This document shows, in pieces, positions 54,240-63,022 of a stretch of DNA of 64,000 nt. Both the position numbers and the translations under genes were made by a program. The notes beneath the pieces are model-generated. The model did not search any database, was not told the origin of the DNA, and worked only from the letters and a program-made list of their open reading frames with translations. Origin of the DNA: a virus (lineage: Duplodnaviria; Heunggongvirae; Uroviricota; Caudoviricetes). Location of the stretch: the IMG/VR virus record IMGVR_UViG_3300035670_000048, positions 1 through 64,000 of that record; one strand, given 5' to 3'. Numbering within the stretch: position 1 is the first letter of the stretch; the number at the start of each line of letters is the position of its first letter.

Positions 54240-54868
54240 ATTGTATCGTAGAATGAGTTTTGTTGTTCTTGACGTTGAATATCTTTATAATGCCATAAAA
54301 ATAATTCAGCTGGAATATATGATAGAGATCTATGTCCATCAAGTACTTCGTGTACTTTATTTTTCCATTTGATTGTACCGTTATTTTTGAATATGCGGTG
54401 CTGCCAGTCTGGGAAATTGATTAATTCTTGTCCATCGATTTTTTGTATATTCCAATTCCATTTAGCAATATGTTCTGGGGTGATACCGTCTACTACATTG
54501 CGTCTTGAAATGTAAAACGATTCAGCTAATCCACGATTAGATTCAAATACAGCGGGTAGATATGCCCAAAATTCATTTGATGGTAATTCATCAGCATCAA
54601 TTTGAACAATATAATCCCCAGAACAGTACTTGATAAAGTTATTCTTGAATGAAGCAAAATCTTTATTCAGTGAAGCAGGGTACCATGCGATACCCTTACT
54701 TGCCACTGTTAATGATCGTAGATACTCTTCTACTTTAGGTGATCCATTATCTGTATCAAATAAAACAACAATTTCATCATCTTGTTGTTTATTTTCTAAA
54801 ATATTATCTATTAATGTCTGTACTTCGATTAATTCATGACAGACTGTAATTGCAAAACTAAACTTCAT
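54236..54868 (-). CDS. GT2-family glycosyltransferase.
   Basis: FAITVCHELIEVQTLIDNILENKQQDDEIVVLFDTDNGS. Confidence 0.5.
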   Translation of the reverse strand: MKFSFAITVCHELIEVQTLIDNILENKQQDDEIVVLFDTDNGSPKVEEYLRSLTVASKGIAWYPASLNKDFASFKNNFIKYCSGDYIVQIDADELPSNEFWAYLPAVFESNRGLAESFYISRRNVVDGITPEHIAKWNWNIQKIDGQELINFPDWQHRIFKNNGTIKWKNKVHEVLDGHRSLSYIPAELFLWHYKDIQRQEQQNSFYDTI

Positions 54869-55307
54869 TTTGATCTTGATTTAATAAAACCGAATAAGCA
54901 TATAGTGCGGCTGGGAACATTACGTTTGGAAATAATGTTGAATTAGCCATATCTAATTTATGTGTTTGTCCAACGATTGCTTTATCGTCTGCTGTAACGG
55001 GAACATATGCTGCTACTCTGAATCCCCAACTATCTGCGTTTTTACCGTCTGGAAATAACATAGCTCTATTCTGTTCGTTTAGTACTGTTGGGTACCAAAC
55101 AAATCCATCATCATCCACTAATTTTAAGTCTTTAAACAATTCGGGTTGTGAATCATATATTGATTTTTCTACATCAGATCCTTCTACCATTCCTTCATTG
55201 GTTTGGTATCCACAGCTCTGACAAATGCGAGTATTTACACCTCCCATTTTAACTTCAAATACACTAGATTCAATTCCACAAATAGGACAATCATGTAGTT
55301 CTTCCAT
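54858..55307 (-). CDS. Zinc-ribbon protein.
   Basis: CPICG...CQSCGY at the N-terminus. Confidence 0.45.
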   Translation of the reverse strand: MEELHDCPICGIESSVFEVKMGGVNTRICQSCGYQTNEGMVEGSDVEKSIYDSQPELFKDLKLVDDDGFVWYPTVLNEQNRAMLFPDGKNADSWGFRVAAYVPVTADDKAIVGQTHKLDMANSTLFPNVMFPAALYAYSVLLNQDQNEV

Positions 55308-56611
55308 TATTCAGCTTTTTTAAGTGTTGGTAATTTATTTAATTTAGGTAATTCCAAAGGTACAAATACTGGAATCGGCTTAGCACGTTCGTCTAGAATC
55401 TGAGTTAATCGCTCAGTCATTTTATCTAATGAGAAGTTATTCTTAGATATACTTGCTTGCTTTTTGGCACCTGGTAAGTATTTCTTATAATTTTCAAATA
55501 CTTCTTTTAATGCGTATCCTGCTTGTCCATCATTTGGAGTAAACCATTGTGAATCAGCAATTAGCATATTAGGTACTACTGCTGATGAATGTATATTCTT
55601 TAATTCACCACCAACTAAAATTGATGCGTCTTTATCTAAGAAGTCAACATGACCAGACCATCCAGATGCAATTACTGGTTTTTCAGATAAAGTAAATTCT
55701 AATAGAGGGCGACCGAATCCTTCACCTTTAGTAAACGATACCATCGCTTTTACTTTTGGATGGTTATATAAATCGTTTACATCTTCGTCTTCTAAATCAC
55801 CGTGTAGTAAATAAATGTTTGGTATAATACCTTTAGTTGTTTTACGTACTGCTTCGATTTTTTCTAATATTGAATTACGATCCATAATCGAAGTTGTAGC
55901 TGCATTCGTTTTTAAAATTAATGCTGGTGCTTTAGTTTTACCTTTAAATACTTCTAAAAATGCTTTAATCATATACGCTATATTCTTTCTATCCTCGCCG
56001 AACTCGCCTTGCAGCCAATGTCCTACAAATAAAAAACAGAAGTCTTCCTTAATCTTAGATATTTCGGACATTAAATCAGTTTTAAGTGGAGTCGTTTTAA
56101 AGTACTTATTTAAATCAACACCTTCAAATAATACCTCAACTGGTGTTGTTAATTCAACAATACCTTCTGGTTTATTCGTCATTTTATTCTTCTGTTCGAA
56201 TTTCGAATTTTCGAATACTTGCTTAGTGTGATTTGAAGAACCTAAAATTAAATCCATACGATTACATCCTTCAATCCAAGATGGATCACAGATTGTAGTT
56301 TCAATACCAGCAGTAACACCAATGTTATTGTATTTGCCTACTTTCTGAAATTCATTCGGTACTGTAATCTGGAGCCATACATCTGGCTGTACAGTCATTT
56401 GAGGAATAATACGTGATTTTAAATCAGCTTCTTCCGCAATCTCATCGTTTAGAAAGCCAAATGGAGTTGATCCCCATCGTTGAGATAATAATTTAATATC
56501 CCACTCATCGCCTTTGGCTTTAATTAACGATTTAATAAAATCTCTAGAGCGTGCACCGTAGCCACTAAATGTGTCTACAGGTGAGCTTACTACACATAAC
56601 GGCTTATTCAT
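55307..56611 (-). CDS. GT4/GT1-type GT-B glycosyltransferase.
   Basis: GEGFGRPLLEFTLSEKPVIASGWSGH. Confidence 0.6.
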   Translation of the reverse strand: MNKPLCVVSSPVDTFSGYGARSRDFIKSLIKAKGDEWDIKLLSQRWGSTPFGFLNDEIAEEADLKSRIIPQMTVQPDVWLQITVPNEFQKVGKYNNIGVTAGIETTICDPSWIEGCNRMDLILGSSNHTKQVFENSKFEQKNKMTNKPEGIVELTTPVEVLFEGVDLNKYFKTTPLKTDLMSEISKIKEDFCFLFVGHWLQGEFGEDRKNIAYMIKAFLEVFKGKTKAPALILKTNAATTSIMDRNSILEKIEAVRKTTKGIIPNIYLLHGDLEDEDVNDLYNHPKVKAMVSFTKGEGFGRPLLEFTLSEKPVIASGWSGHVDFLDKDASILVGGELKNIHSSAVVPNMLIADSQWFTPNDGQAGYALKEVFENYKKYLPGAKKQASISKNNFSLDKMTERLTQILDERAKPIPVFVPLELPKLNKLPTLKKAE

Positions 56612-58046
56612 GTTCTGCTACTGGGTATTTTAAATAATTTGGTTTATAATCTTCAATTTTAATTAAGTCAAATATTGAACGTGGAGTCCATTTTTCGAAT
56701 GTTTCATCAATACCATCAATGATGTTTTTAGACATATTTGCTGCTGTCATCATTGCTTCATCTGATGTTACCCACTTACGAGCTAACACACCTAAGTTAT
56801 TATAGTAACTAGCATCATTTATTTTTAATGAATATGCATTATATAATTGATTAGCTACATCTCTAAAGTCACATCTATCATCAAAGATATACGGAGTTGG
56901 AGGAGAACCAATTAATGATATGTTACGTGGGAAAACTGGAAATGCAAATGTGCCTGCTTTCTTATATTTGCCTAAGTGATTCGATCCGAACGCTTCAGTA
57001 AATTCAATCCACTTACCATTCTCGTCTTCAAAACGCATTTGATCCTGCATACCACCTGTTACGTTAGCTAGAATTGGAGTACCTGCCATCATTGATTCAG
57101 TTAATGCTAATCCCCATCCTTCGTTTGATGAAATTAAAGCAGTTAAATCGGCTAAGTTATAGTACTTATTTAGCTGTTCTGTATTAATCTTCTGATTTGA
57201 GATGAATATGTTTTTCTGTTTATTACCCATTAACATTTCAATTACGCGTGGTAAATCAGTACCATTATCATCTACTGCGTCTGTATGTAATACTAAAGCA
57301 CATTTATCAGCTTGTTCTTTAGGTAATTGATCTAAAAACGTTTTAAATGCTAGAATCAAGTCTGATGTTGATTTACGTCTTAAATTACGTGAATTATAGA
57401 ACGTAACAAAATCAAATTCTAATTCACCAAATACTTGTTTTTTAAATGATTTGAAATCATCTGCTGACTTATCTAACGGATAGAATTGTTTTTCATTAAT
57501 ACCGTGAGGAACGTATTTGATAACTTTATCATTTGCTAAATCACCTAATACTACACGATTGATGTTTTCTGTTTGCTTCGAAATAGCAAATAACGTATCG
57601 CATGATTCGTAGTATGGCTTATTATACAATGGATAAGGCAAATCATCCCAAATGTTTAAATAGATAATAGGCATTTGCTGACGTAACTCACGCTCGTGTT
57701 GAAATAACCATACCCAATAGCGTGGATCGGTAAATAACATAATTGCGTCTGGTTTTTCGATATCAATCAATTGACGTACAAATTCGATAGTACCGTATCC
57801 ATCAGTTGGATAAACCATAATTGATGAATCTTCGATTCCAGCGTTTTTGTTTGTGTCTGCTGATAGATCTAATCGTTGTCCTTTTTCTGGGTGATTAATA
57901 GCACCTCCAATATTTACCCAATTGAAGTGGTGTGCTGTACCAACAACCATTTCTCTAGCCATTGTAGCAATACCAGAGGTAAATCGAATGTCGTCACACA
58001 GTAGTAGGATTTTTTTCCTTTGATCCTTAGGAATGTAATTTTGCAT
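56604..58046 (-). CDS. GT4-type GT-B glycosyltransferase.
   Basis: NEGWGLALTESMMAGTPILANVTGGMQD. Confidence 0.6.
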   Translation of the reverse strand: MQNYIPKDQRKKILLLCDDIRFTSGIATMAREMVVGTAHHFNWVNIGGAINHPEKGQRLDLSADTNKNAGIEDSSIMVYPTDGYGTIEFVRQLIDIEKPDAIMLFTDPRYWVWLFQHERELRQQMPIIYLNIWDDLPYPLYNKPYYESCDTLFAISKQTENINRVVLGDLANDKVIKYVPHGINEKQFYPLDKSADDFKSFKKQVFGELEFDFVTFYNSRNLRRKSTSDLILAFKTFLDQLPKEQADKCALVLHTDAVDDNGTDLPRVIEMLMGNKQKNIFISNQKINTEQLNKYYNLADLTALISSNEGWGLALTESMMAGTPILANVTGGMQDQMRFEDENGKWIEFTEAFGSNHLGKYKKAGTFAFPVFPRNISLIGSPPTPYIFDDRCDFRDVANQLYNAYSLKINDASYYNNLGVLARKWVTSDEAMMTAANMSKNIIDGIDETFEKWTPRSIFDLIKIEDYKPNYLKYPVAEHE

Positions 58047-58049
58047 AAC

Positions 58050-58679
58050 TTATTTATATTGTGTTTGTATTTGTTTATATTTTTCTTCTCCTAAGTAATA
58101 CCATGGTTTGTGATAACCTAAAGTACCTAATTCGAATATACTCTCAACACTGAATTTTTTAGCGGCTTCTATAGGTGCTAATTTACCTATATTATGTTCG
58201 GTCATTATTTTAGTAAAGTATAAATCTTCACCACAATCACGTTTCCAATTATAATCTGAACATATTTGCATCATTATTTTTGGGTTTCGTAAAGATAAAC
58301 CACCATTTCCAACATATGGAAAATATTCATATGGAGCGCCGATATAATCATACTCAAGAAAATCTTCAATACCACTTCTTAGTAATCCACTATCGCTTTG
58401 GAATATCAATACTCTATCGTAATCAGTGAAGTGAGCCCAAAATTTAAATCCGTGATCTGTAAGTAATAAATTATAGCAATGAACTGAATTATCTTCTAAT
58501 TCGATTTCTACTATTGTATAATCTATATTGAGATTCTTTAATTCATTACTGTATTTATTCTTTAATTCAGGTGTTGTAAATAGAAAATAATGAGTATCTA
58601 AAGGTAAGTAGGGGATATGATTTAAAAACACCTCACTTATATTAATATTCCTAGTTTCTACTATAGCAGCACTTAACAT
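58050..58679 (-). CDS. Glycan-island protein of unknown function.
   Basis: 209 aa ORF coupled to 58046. Confidence 0.4.
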   Translation of the reverse strand: MLSAAIVETRNINISEVFLNHIPYLPLDTHYFLFTTPELKNKYSNELKNLNIDYTIVEIELEDNSVHCYNLLLTDHGFKFWAHFTDYDRVLIFQSDSGLLRSGIEDFLEYDYIGAPYEYFPYVGNGGLSLRNPKIMMQICSDYNWKRDCGEDLYFTKIMTEHNIGKLAPIEAAKKFSVESIFELGTLGYHKPWYYLGEEKYKQIQTQYK

Positions 58680-58694
58680 AACTTTTATTATTGA

Positions 58695-58895
58695 TTATAA
58701 ACTTCCTGACATTACTAATGCAGTGTGATTATGTATTTGTTTTTTGAATTCGTCATTCGTCAAATACAAGTGCATAGCTCTGTTCATTAATTTTTGTAAG
58801 TTGAATTTATCTTTTATAGAGGCAACTTTAAATCCCTCAAATAAGTCTCCGTGTACCTTTACACTTGTTAAGACTAGTTGTTCATTTTTTCCCAT
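58695..58895 (-). CDS. Hypothetical protein.
   Basis: 66 aa ORF. A/T promoter-like box at 58901-58932. Confidence 0.45.
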   Translation of the reverse strand: MGKNEQLVLTSVKVHGDLFEGFKVASIKDKFNLQKLMNRAMHLYLTNDEFKKQIHNHTALVMSGSL

Positions 58896-58900
58896 TTTTG

Positions 58901-58932
58901 TATATTATTATATTTGTATATAAATATATAAC
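58901..58932 (-). promoter_or_regulatory. A/T-only promoter-like box (second class).
   Basis: Gene-strand GTTATATATTTATATACAAATATAATAATATA. Confidence 0.3.
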
Positions 58933-58936
58933 AGAA

Positions 58937-59890
58937 CTAGAAAGATGAATCTTTACTGCACAGTTCTTTATTGTCTTTAAACGGACACCATTGACATGAT
59001 TCTTTGGATACGTTCTTGACTAATTCTGTTGACTTATAAGTGCCATCAGGGTTGAATACTGTATTGATAAATTCTGTAATGTGTGATACTGCTTTATTAC
59101 GTTTGCCTTTACCTGAAGCGGGCTCAACGATTTGAATACGTTTTTGAGGGAAATCAAGATTTTCATATAGTTTACGTTTTACAACGAAGAATTCAACATC
59201 GATTTGTTCTGGATCTATATTATATTGTTTAGCAAAGTATTCCTTATATAGAATAATCTGCTGCATTTTTAGTTCGTCCTTCTTTTCCTTATCTTTCCAC
59301 CCCATCTTAGATGTTTTGATATCGAAGATCTTAACTTTATTAGTGTTTTCGTTATATAATACGAAGTCAATGTATCCTTTTAGATAAACGTTAGGATGGT
59401 TAGGATCAATCGGCTGCACTAAAGGCATCTCGATCCCAACTAAATGCCATTTTCTAGTGCTAAAATATTCGCCTTTATTCTTTTTAAAGTAATCGATAAT
59501 AGCTAATCCATCTTCATAGTACTCACGCATTTCGGATGCAGACGAGAAATGAACACCTTTATTATCGTTTAGTGTTTTCTTATATTCGTCTGAGAATGTC
59601 TGCTGAAAGAATGACTCAATATCTAAACGATCTGCTTCAGCACCGCTAGTATCAAACATTGTTTGAATATAGTGTTGCATTGCAACGTGTACTGAGGTAC
59701 CAAACACAGCAGCCATTGATGGCTGATAGATACGATACCCTTCCCTATATTCTAAACCCCAACGAAATGGACATTTAGCATAGATAGAGAACTGAGAATA
59801 TGATATTGTTTTATCACTTTGGTAGTTTATTTCTCTTACCGCTTTGTTTTTTATTTCCTTTAGCAGGGCGGGTATCTGTGTTTTGGCCAT
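58937..59890 (-). CDS. PD-(D/E)xK nuclease of the RecB/Cas4-like type, with candidate Fe-S Cys ligands.
   Basis: GYIDFVLY ... IFDIKTSK (D...D/ExK). An N-terminal Cys (YAKCPFRW) plus a C-terminal CQWCPF...C cluster recalls the Cas4/AddB 4Fe-4S arrangement. Confidence 0.45.
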   Translation of the reverse strand: MAKTQIPALLKEIKNKAVREINYQSDKTISYSQFSIYAKCPFRWGLEYREGYRIYQPSMAAVFGTSVHVAMQHYIQTMFDTSGAEADRLDIESFFQQTFSDEYKKTLNDNKGVHFSSASEMREYYEDGLAIIDYFKKNKGEYFSTRKWHLVGIEMPLVQPIDPNHPNVYLKGYIDFVLYNENTNKVKIFDIKTSKMGWKDKEKKDELKMQQIILYKEYFAKQYNIDPEQIDVEFFVVKRKLYENLDFPQKRIQIVEPASGKGKRNKAVSHITEFINTVFNPDGTYKSTELVKNVSKESCQWCPFKDNKELCSKDSSF

Positions 59891-60263
59891 AACTGTTTAA
59901 TATGTCTTGAAATTGATCGTCGCTCAATAAAGCGAGATAATCGTTTGCTTCTCTTTGAGATACTTGCATTAGTAAAGATAATTTAGACACTTTATCCTTA
60001 TCTATCTTTTCGGTTGCTGCTTTAGTATACTTAAAGTATTTTTTTGCTTTTGGAATTAATGATAAATAAATATTATATACTTGTTCTGCATTTAGATTAG
60101 GTATAGCTTGTACTTCATTAGCAACTATACAGTAATTCGCATCCATAGATAGGTACCTATGTAGCATATACACATTAATGCTTTTTATTTCGGCATCAGT
60201 TAATTTACTATAAGGTACCTTATCGTAGGATAAGTAATTTAATATTTTAAAGAATTCATTCAT
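59814..60263 (-). CDS. Hypothetical protein with a basic tail.
   Basis: 149 aa ORF. 77-nt overlap with the downstream gene, so the start is uncertain. Confidence 0.4.
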   Translation of the reverse strand: MNEFFKILNYLSYDKVPYSKLTDAEIKSINVYMLHRYLSMDANYCIVANEVQAIPNLNAEQVYNIYLSLIPKAKKYFKYTKAATEKIDKDKVSKLSLLMQVSQREANDYLALLSDDQFQDILNSYGQNTDTRPAKGNKKQSGKRNKLPK

Positions 60264-60547
60264 TACTCAGGTTGTGGAAAACGTGAACGCTTTGGTTGCT
60301 CAGTTACATCTTCAACTGACGGAGCACCTGATGCGGCACGTTGTTGAGGTAAGAATCGTGCATTTACATGACCGCATCTATCGCAAGCAAATACAGGAAT
60401 AGGCATCATACCGTCTTGAGCAGTACCGGTAATAAAGCGTGATATGCTGCGTAGCATTACTGCTTCGTGGAATGTAGTGCTACCACACTCATCGCACGTT
60501 ATCTCGGTAGTATCTTCGAGATTAATGTTCATTTTTACTGGTTCCAT
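60263..60547 (-). CDS. Zinc-ribbon protein.
   Basis: CDECG ... CDRCGH. Confidence 0.45.
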   Translation of the reverse strand: MEPVKMNINLEDTTEITCDECGSTTFHEAVMLRSISRFITGTAQDGMMPIPVFACDRCGHVNARFLPQQRAASGAPSVEDVTEQPKRSRFPQPE

Positions 60548-60759
60548 TATTTATTATAAGTTTCGTTGTAATATTCTTCACCAAATTTAAAAGGGATTGC
60601 ACTATTATAGGCTTTTGTTATCTGATCTTTCTCCATTTGTTTGGCTTGGGTAATTAAATTATTTATACCATCCCACATTTTTAACGATAAAATTAAATCA
60701 GGATGTAAATTATTTAATTCTTTTACTAGCCATTCTATTGCCGTTTGTCTAGTTTCCAT
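60547..60759 (-). CDS. Hypothetical protein.
   Basis: 70 aa ORF. Confidence 0.45.
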   Translation of the reverse strand: METRQTAIEWLVKELNNLHPDLILSLKMWDGINNLITQAKQMEKDQITKAYNSAIPFKFGEEYYNETYNK

Positions 60760-61646
60760 TATTTAATTATGTTTATAATTGAGGCAATACACGCCATAAA
60801 ATTAATTTCCTTATCTACGACTGTAGCGTGTTTGAATTGGTATTCGGCTAATGTCATTGTAATTAATCCATTATCTTTACCTAATTCATCATATAACGCT
60901 CTATACATTGGTTCAAAGTCAGATATGTTATTATCTACTAGGTATTGTCTAACTGATTTGAATGCATCTTTACCTTGAATTAATTTAACTACATCTGATA
61001 TATCGAATTTAGTATCGATTTTAGTAACTACTAATTTACCATCAACAGTATGTTGTTGAATTACATTAATAATTTTACGGATGTCTGGATAGTAATTATT
61101 AATAATGTTTGCTACATCATTTATTATATAAGATACATTTTCTTCATCTAATATACCTGCTAAGTGACGAGCAATATCGGGTTTAGATAGTGTTTCAATT
61201 TTGAATGCTTGGCATCTTGACTGTAATGGCTCAATAATACGCTCAACGTAATTACATGTTAGAATGAAACGTGTTTTAGCAGAAAACGTTTCAATTATAT
61301 TACGTAATGATGCTTGTGCATTGATAGTTAAATAATCGGACTCATCTAGAATAACTACTTTTAATGGTCTGAATGTAGATGTAGAAGCAAATGATTTTAC
61401 TTTATCACGAATCGTATCAATACCGTTTTCGTCTGATGCATTGATATACATCATATCGCAATCGATATTTTGAGTAATTAATTTAGCAAGTGTAGTTTTA
61501 CCAGTACCTGCTTTACCATATAATAATAAGTGGGGGATGTCGTTTTTTAGAATCCAACTACCGATTGTAGTTTTTAATTCTGAATTACCAATGTATTGAT
61601 CTAATGTTTGTGAGCGGTACTTTTCAGTCCAAAGAGTATGTTGCAT
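60759..61646 (-). CDS. Sliding-clamp loader AAA+ subunit (T4 gp44 / RFC-small-subunit-like).
   Basis: EKYRSQTLDQ (compare T4 gp44 QKYRPSTIDE), LLLYGKAGTGKTTLAKLITQNIDCDMMYINASD, VVILDESD, IEPLQSRC (compare IKPLQSRC). Confidence 0.8.
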   Translation of the reverse strand: MQHTLWTEKYRSQTLDQYIGNSELKTTIGSWILKNDIPHLLLYGKAGTGKTTLAKLITQNIDCDMMYINASDENGIDTIRDKVKSFASTSTFRPLKVVILDESDYLTINAQASLRNIIETFSAKTRFILTCNYVERIIEPLQSRCQAFKIETLSKPDIARHLAGILDEENVSYIINDVANIINNYYPDIRKIINVIQQHTVDGKLVVTKIDTKFDISDVVKLIQGKDAFKSVRQYLVDNNISDFEPMYRALYDELGKDNGLITMTLAEYQFKHATVVDKEINFMACIASIINIIK

Positions 61647-61793
61647 ATTAATTACCAGGTATATTATATTTTTCTTGAATGTAATTAAGAGCTTTTAATT
61701 TATCAATCGTATCTTCTAATATAGCGATTTTTTCCTTTAATTTAGCATTTTCTTCCAGAGCACGCTCTAATTGTAGTTTTACTGTCTTTACTG

Positions 61794-61994
61794 TCATAGC
61801 TTTTCTATTTCTTGTTTAACTTCTTGCCACCATACTAATTCGTGATTATATGGAGAATCATCGTCACTAGCATCTGGTATAGCTTTTATTATCTCATATA
61901 CTGTAATTAATGAGCATTGTTTAGCTATTCTCGAATCATTTGTAAGCCTCCAAAATCCTACATATAATTCTTCTGCTTCTTCTTTTGCTGTCAT
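61794..61994 (-). CDS. Hypothetical protein.
   Basis: 66 aa ORF. Confidence 0.45.
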   Translation of the reverse strand: MTAKEEAEELYVGFWRLTNDSRIAKQCSLITVYEIIKAIPDASDDDSPYNHELVWWQEVKQEIEKL

Positions 61995-61999
61995 GACAT

Positions 62000-62215
62000 T
62001 TATTTTTTAATTCTAACCACATAATTTATATACTCAGGTTGATGATTATTTTTATAATCTCTATAGTATGTAATATATGAATTAATAATTTCAGCGTTTT
62101 CTATATTGACATCCTCAATAAACTTTCTATGTCTTTTCATTCCGTTTGTTCCGGTATGAAATGATAAATGCCTATATTCATATTTAGGAAATAGTAGTCT
62201 AAATAATTTTTTCAT
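62000..62215 (-). CDS. Hypothetical protein.
   Basis: 71 aa ORF. Confidence 0.45.
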   Translation of the reverse strand: MKKLFRLLFPKYEYRHLSFHTGTNGMKRHRKFIEDVNIENAEIINSYITYYRDYKNNHQPEYINYVVRIKK

Positions 62216-62230
62216 AACATTTATTTTAAG

Positions 62231-62304
62231 TGGGCCAGGTAGGGATCGAACCTACTACCTCCGCATTATGAGTGCGTTGCTCTAACCGAATGAGCTACAA
62301 GCCC
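62231..62304 (-). tRNA. tRNA-Met (anticodon CAT; could equally be an Ile2-type).
   Basis: RC: GGGCTTG-TA-GCTC-ATTCGGTTA-GAGC-A-ACGCA-CTCATAA-TGCGG-AGGTA-GTAGG-TTCGATC-CCTAC-CTGGCCC-A. Clean cloverleaf (one T-T in the acceptor), 74 nt. Confidence 0.8.
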
Positions 62305-62434
62305 TAAAGTGGGGGATTTGAAAAAGCCCGGTCCCCCTTCCGTCCAACCAACGATTTGGCCCATTTGCAGTTCTTATGGGATGCTTTCTGGTGATTTCGA
62401 TCTAGCTGCCCTGCAGAACATGCTAGCGGTATGC

Positions 62435-62585
62435 TGTAATGGAGGGATTCGAACCACTCATGAGGTAATTAGGTAAAGGACAATAGCGCTTGCAAGCTGG
62501 TGGTCTACCCCGATATCCTTACTTTATTTCATTATTCCCCGCCCCCGAGACAGGAGGGTGCGTCTGCCAATTTCGCCACACTACA
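62435..62585 (-). ncRNA. Degenerate tRNA-like / structured RNA element (~150 nt). It has a GGTTCGAATCC T-loop motif and a D-arm-like TGGCGAAATTGGCAGACGC, plus a foldable CCCTC-CTGTCTC-GGGGG arm.
   Basis: Putative acceptor TGTAGTG/CATTACA (7 bp incl. one G-U) pairs across 150 nt. The T-stem is poorly paired. GC-rich islands sit in an AT-rich genome. Confidence 0.3.
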
Positions 62586-62590
62586 ATTTA

Positions 62591-63022
62591 CTATAAGTCT
62601 TCAGGTAAGTTAGCTGTATAGTTTAAAGTGGTTCCTTTAGGTAAAGTAGTCACTGTATTACCGATTGTTAGAGTTGAATTTTCTGGTATTTTAGCAGTTA
62701 CACTTGTATTACCATTTGTTGTAATACTACCAAAAGCACCATAAACAGTACCACTTCCTGTTGTTGCTGTTAATACTGTATCCCCTTCACAAGTTACTTT
62801 ATTAATATCTGATGGGTGTTTATACCAGTAAGGGTTGTCAAATGGATTTCTAGGAATAGGACCAGATGGGATAGTATTAGGAGTATATGGTGGATATACT
62901 ATTGTTTCTCCTACTTTACCTAACTCCGAAACAATGGTTTCCCATTGCTTCGGTGTTGGTCCTTCTTCTCCTACAGCATCTACAAATCCGTTAAGCCAGT
63001 ATATAAATTGTTGATTATTCAT
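62591..63022 (-). CDS. Hypothetical protein downstream of the chaperonin gene.
   Basis: 143 aa ORF. 8-nt overlap with the chaperonin stop. Confidence 0.5.
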   Translation of the reverse strand: MNNQQFIYWLNGFVDAVGEEGPTPKQWETIVSELGKVGETIVYPPYTPNTIPSGPIPRNPFDNPYWYKHPSDINKVTCEGDTVLTATTGSGTVYGAFGSITTNGNTSVTAKIPENSTLTIGNTVTTLPKGTTLNYTANLPEDL

